This document shows, in pieces, positions 62,918 through 64,000 of a DNA stretch of 64,000 nt. Source of the stretch: Felis catus (lineage: Eukaryota). The notes under the pieces are model-generated. The model did no database searches. It saw only the letters and a list, made by a program, of their open reading frames with translations, and was not told the origin of the DNA. The stretch spans positions 120,590,001 through 120,654,000 of the forward strand of contig NC_058372.1 of NCBI RefSeq assembly GCF_018350175.1. The letters run 5' to 3'. The translations under genes and the position numbers were made by a program. The number at the start of each line of letters is the position of its first letter. Positions within the stretch are counted from its first letter, which is position 1.

Positions 62918-63130
62918 GGGGTGCCTGGGTGGCGCAGTCGGTTGAGCGTCTGACTTCAGCCAGGTCACGATCTCGCGGTCCGGGAGTTCGAGCCCCGCGT
63001 CAGGCTCTGGGCTGATGGCTCAGAGCCTGGAGCCTGTTTCCGATTCTGTGTCTCCCTCTCTCTCTGCCCCTCCCCCGTTCATGCTCTGTCTCTCCCTGTC
63101 CCCCAAAAAAAATAAACGTTGAAAAAAAAA
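62918..63130 (+). mobile_element. Young feline SINE (SINEC_Fc-type)
   Basis: 20-bp TSD TTTAAAAAATGCCAGAATTG at 62899-62918 and 63131-63150. Confidence 0.97.
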
Positions 63131-64000
63131 TTTAAAAAATGCCAGAATTGATCATGGAACTCCTTTGTGAGCAGGAACCAGTTGGAAATAAGAAAAAGCT
63201 ATTGGCAGTGGTCTTCAAACTTTCTTCTTGTGTAACCTTTAAAATAATTTGAAAAAACTAAGTACTTTCTTTCTTTATAAGCCAGCATCAAACTCCCTTT
63301 CACCATAAATTTAGCTGATAGCAAAGAATGCAACTTCTATGGTATTATTCACTCTAATATAAAATAGAACACTTATTCTATGAAATACCATACCTATCTG
63401 ATATTCATCATCATCCATTTAAAAAATACAGGAATGAGGTACTTAACACCAATTTTATATAGTTTTTCACCTTGAACTTGGTATTTTATCCTTTTGTAAT
63501 GCATTTATAAACTTGAAAGTCTTTTGGTCACTCCATCATAATTCTCTGAAAAAAAATTACCTTAAATTGAAATTTTAGGGATTTTTTAATTTCCCCTAAG
63601 AGATTTTGGTATTTTTTCCCTCGGGTATTAACACAATAATTAATACAAAATGGATGAAAATTATAGAAATATGTTACAAATCTTTAGAAATAATTATCAG
63701 ATATGAAAAGTGAAATGTATTGAAAAAAAAAAGCCTCCCTTAATTGACCGGGGAGTTTTTTCTTTATCATGTATGTGTGGGTGAATGTCACTTCTAGAAC
63801 AATATGGTACATTTCTACTCTTTAGATGAAATTTATTATTCTCAAGGATAATGAAAAAAGATGGGGAGTTGAAGAAATTTTATAACAGCAGTATCACTCA
63901 GTTCTTTGCATTAACAAAACAAGTTTTTTGTAATGATATATCAGCTCATAACTTGGTTAGATCATTCTTTAATTTTGTTGAAAGTAAATTATTGGAAATA

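Noticed and set aside
41162-63130. Orientation bias of SINEs in SLC2A12 introns (12 sense versus 5 antisense)
   Set aside because: Two-sided binomial p is about 0.14; not significant.
15877-63130. tRNA genes or CRISPR-like repeat arrays
   Set aside because: The tRNA-like heads belong to Can-SINEs; the repeated units are dispersed retroposons with TSDs, not a repeat-spacer array.

Overview
Mammalian genomic DNA, almost certainly a felid: the young tRNA-derived Can-SINEs match the feline SINEC_Fc type. The window is the TBPL1-SLC2A12 locus. On the + strand is TBPL1 (TRF2/TLF): CpG-island promoter, first exon ending at 2152, a 26.8-kb intron 1, and coding exons at 28975-29109, 31384-31447, 33888-33991, 34091-34185 and 36161-36240. 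The 83-nt exon 3 is not visible and most likely lies in the N run at 31098-31247. On the - strand, converging on TBPL1, is the 3' part of SLC2A12 (GLUT12): exons at 57545-57667, 52653-52785 and the terminal exon from 40665 down. The rest is intronic and UTR sequence with about 30 Can-SINEs, a near full-length Tigger1, several MITEs, L1/L2/MIR/MaLR remnants and microsatellites. Most ORFs in the supplied track are spurious. The three most notable observations are: (1) a 42-codon spliced uORF in the TBPL1 leader encoding a hydrophobic plus Arg-rich microprotein; (2) a +1 insertion in the last GLUT12 exon that, read literally, replaces the C-terminal 23 residues (including the dileucine) with 7 new ones; (3) a consensus CAG|GTAAGT site late in TBPL1 intron 1 that is either a recursive splice site or the donor of an L2-derived cassette exon. 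Comparisons with human proteins and repeat consensus sequences are from memory, not from a database search.
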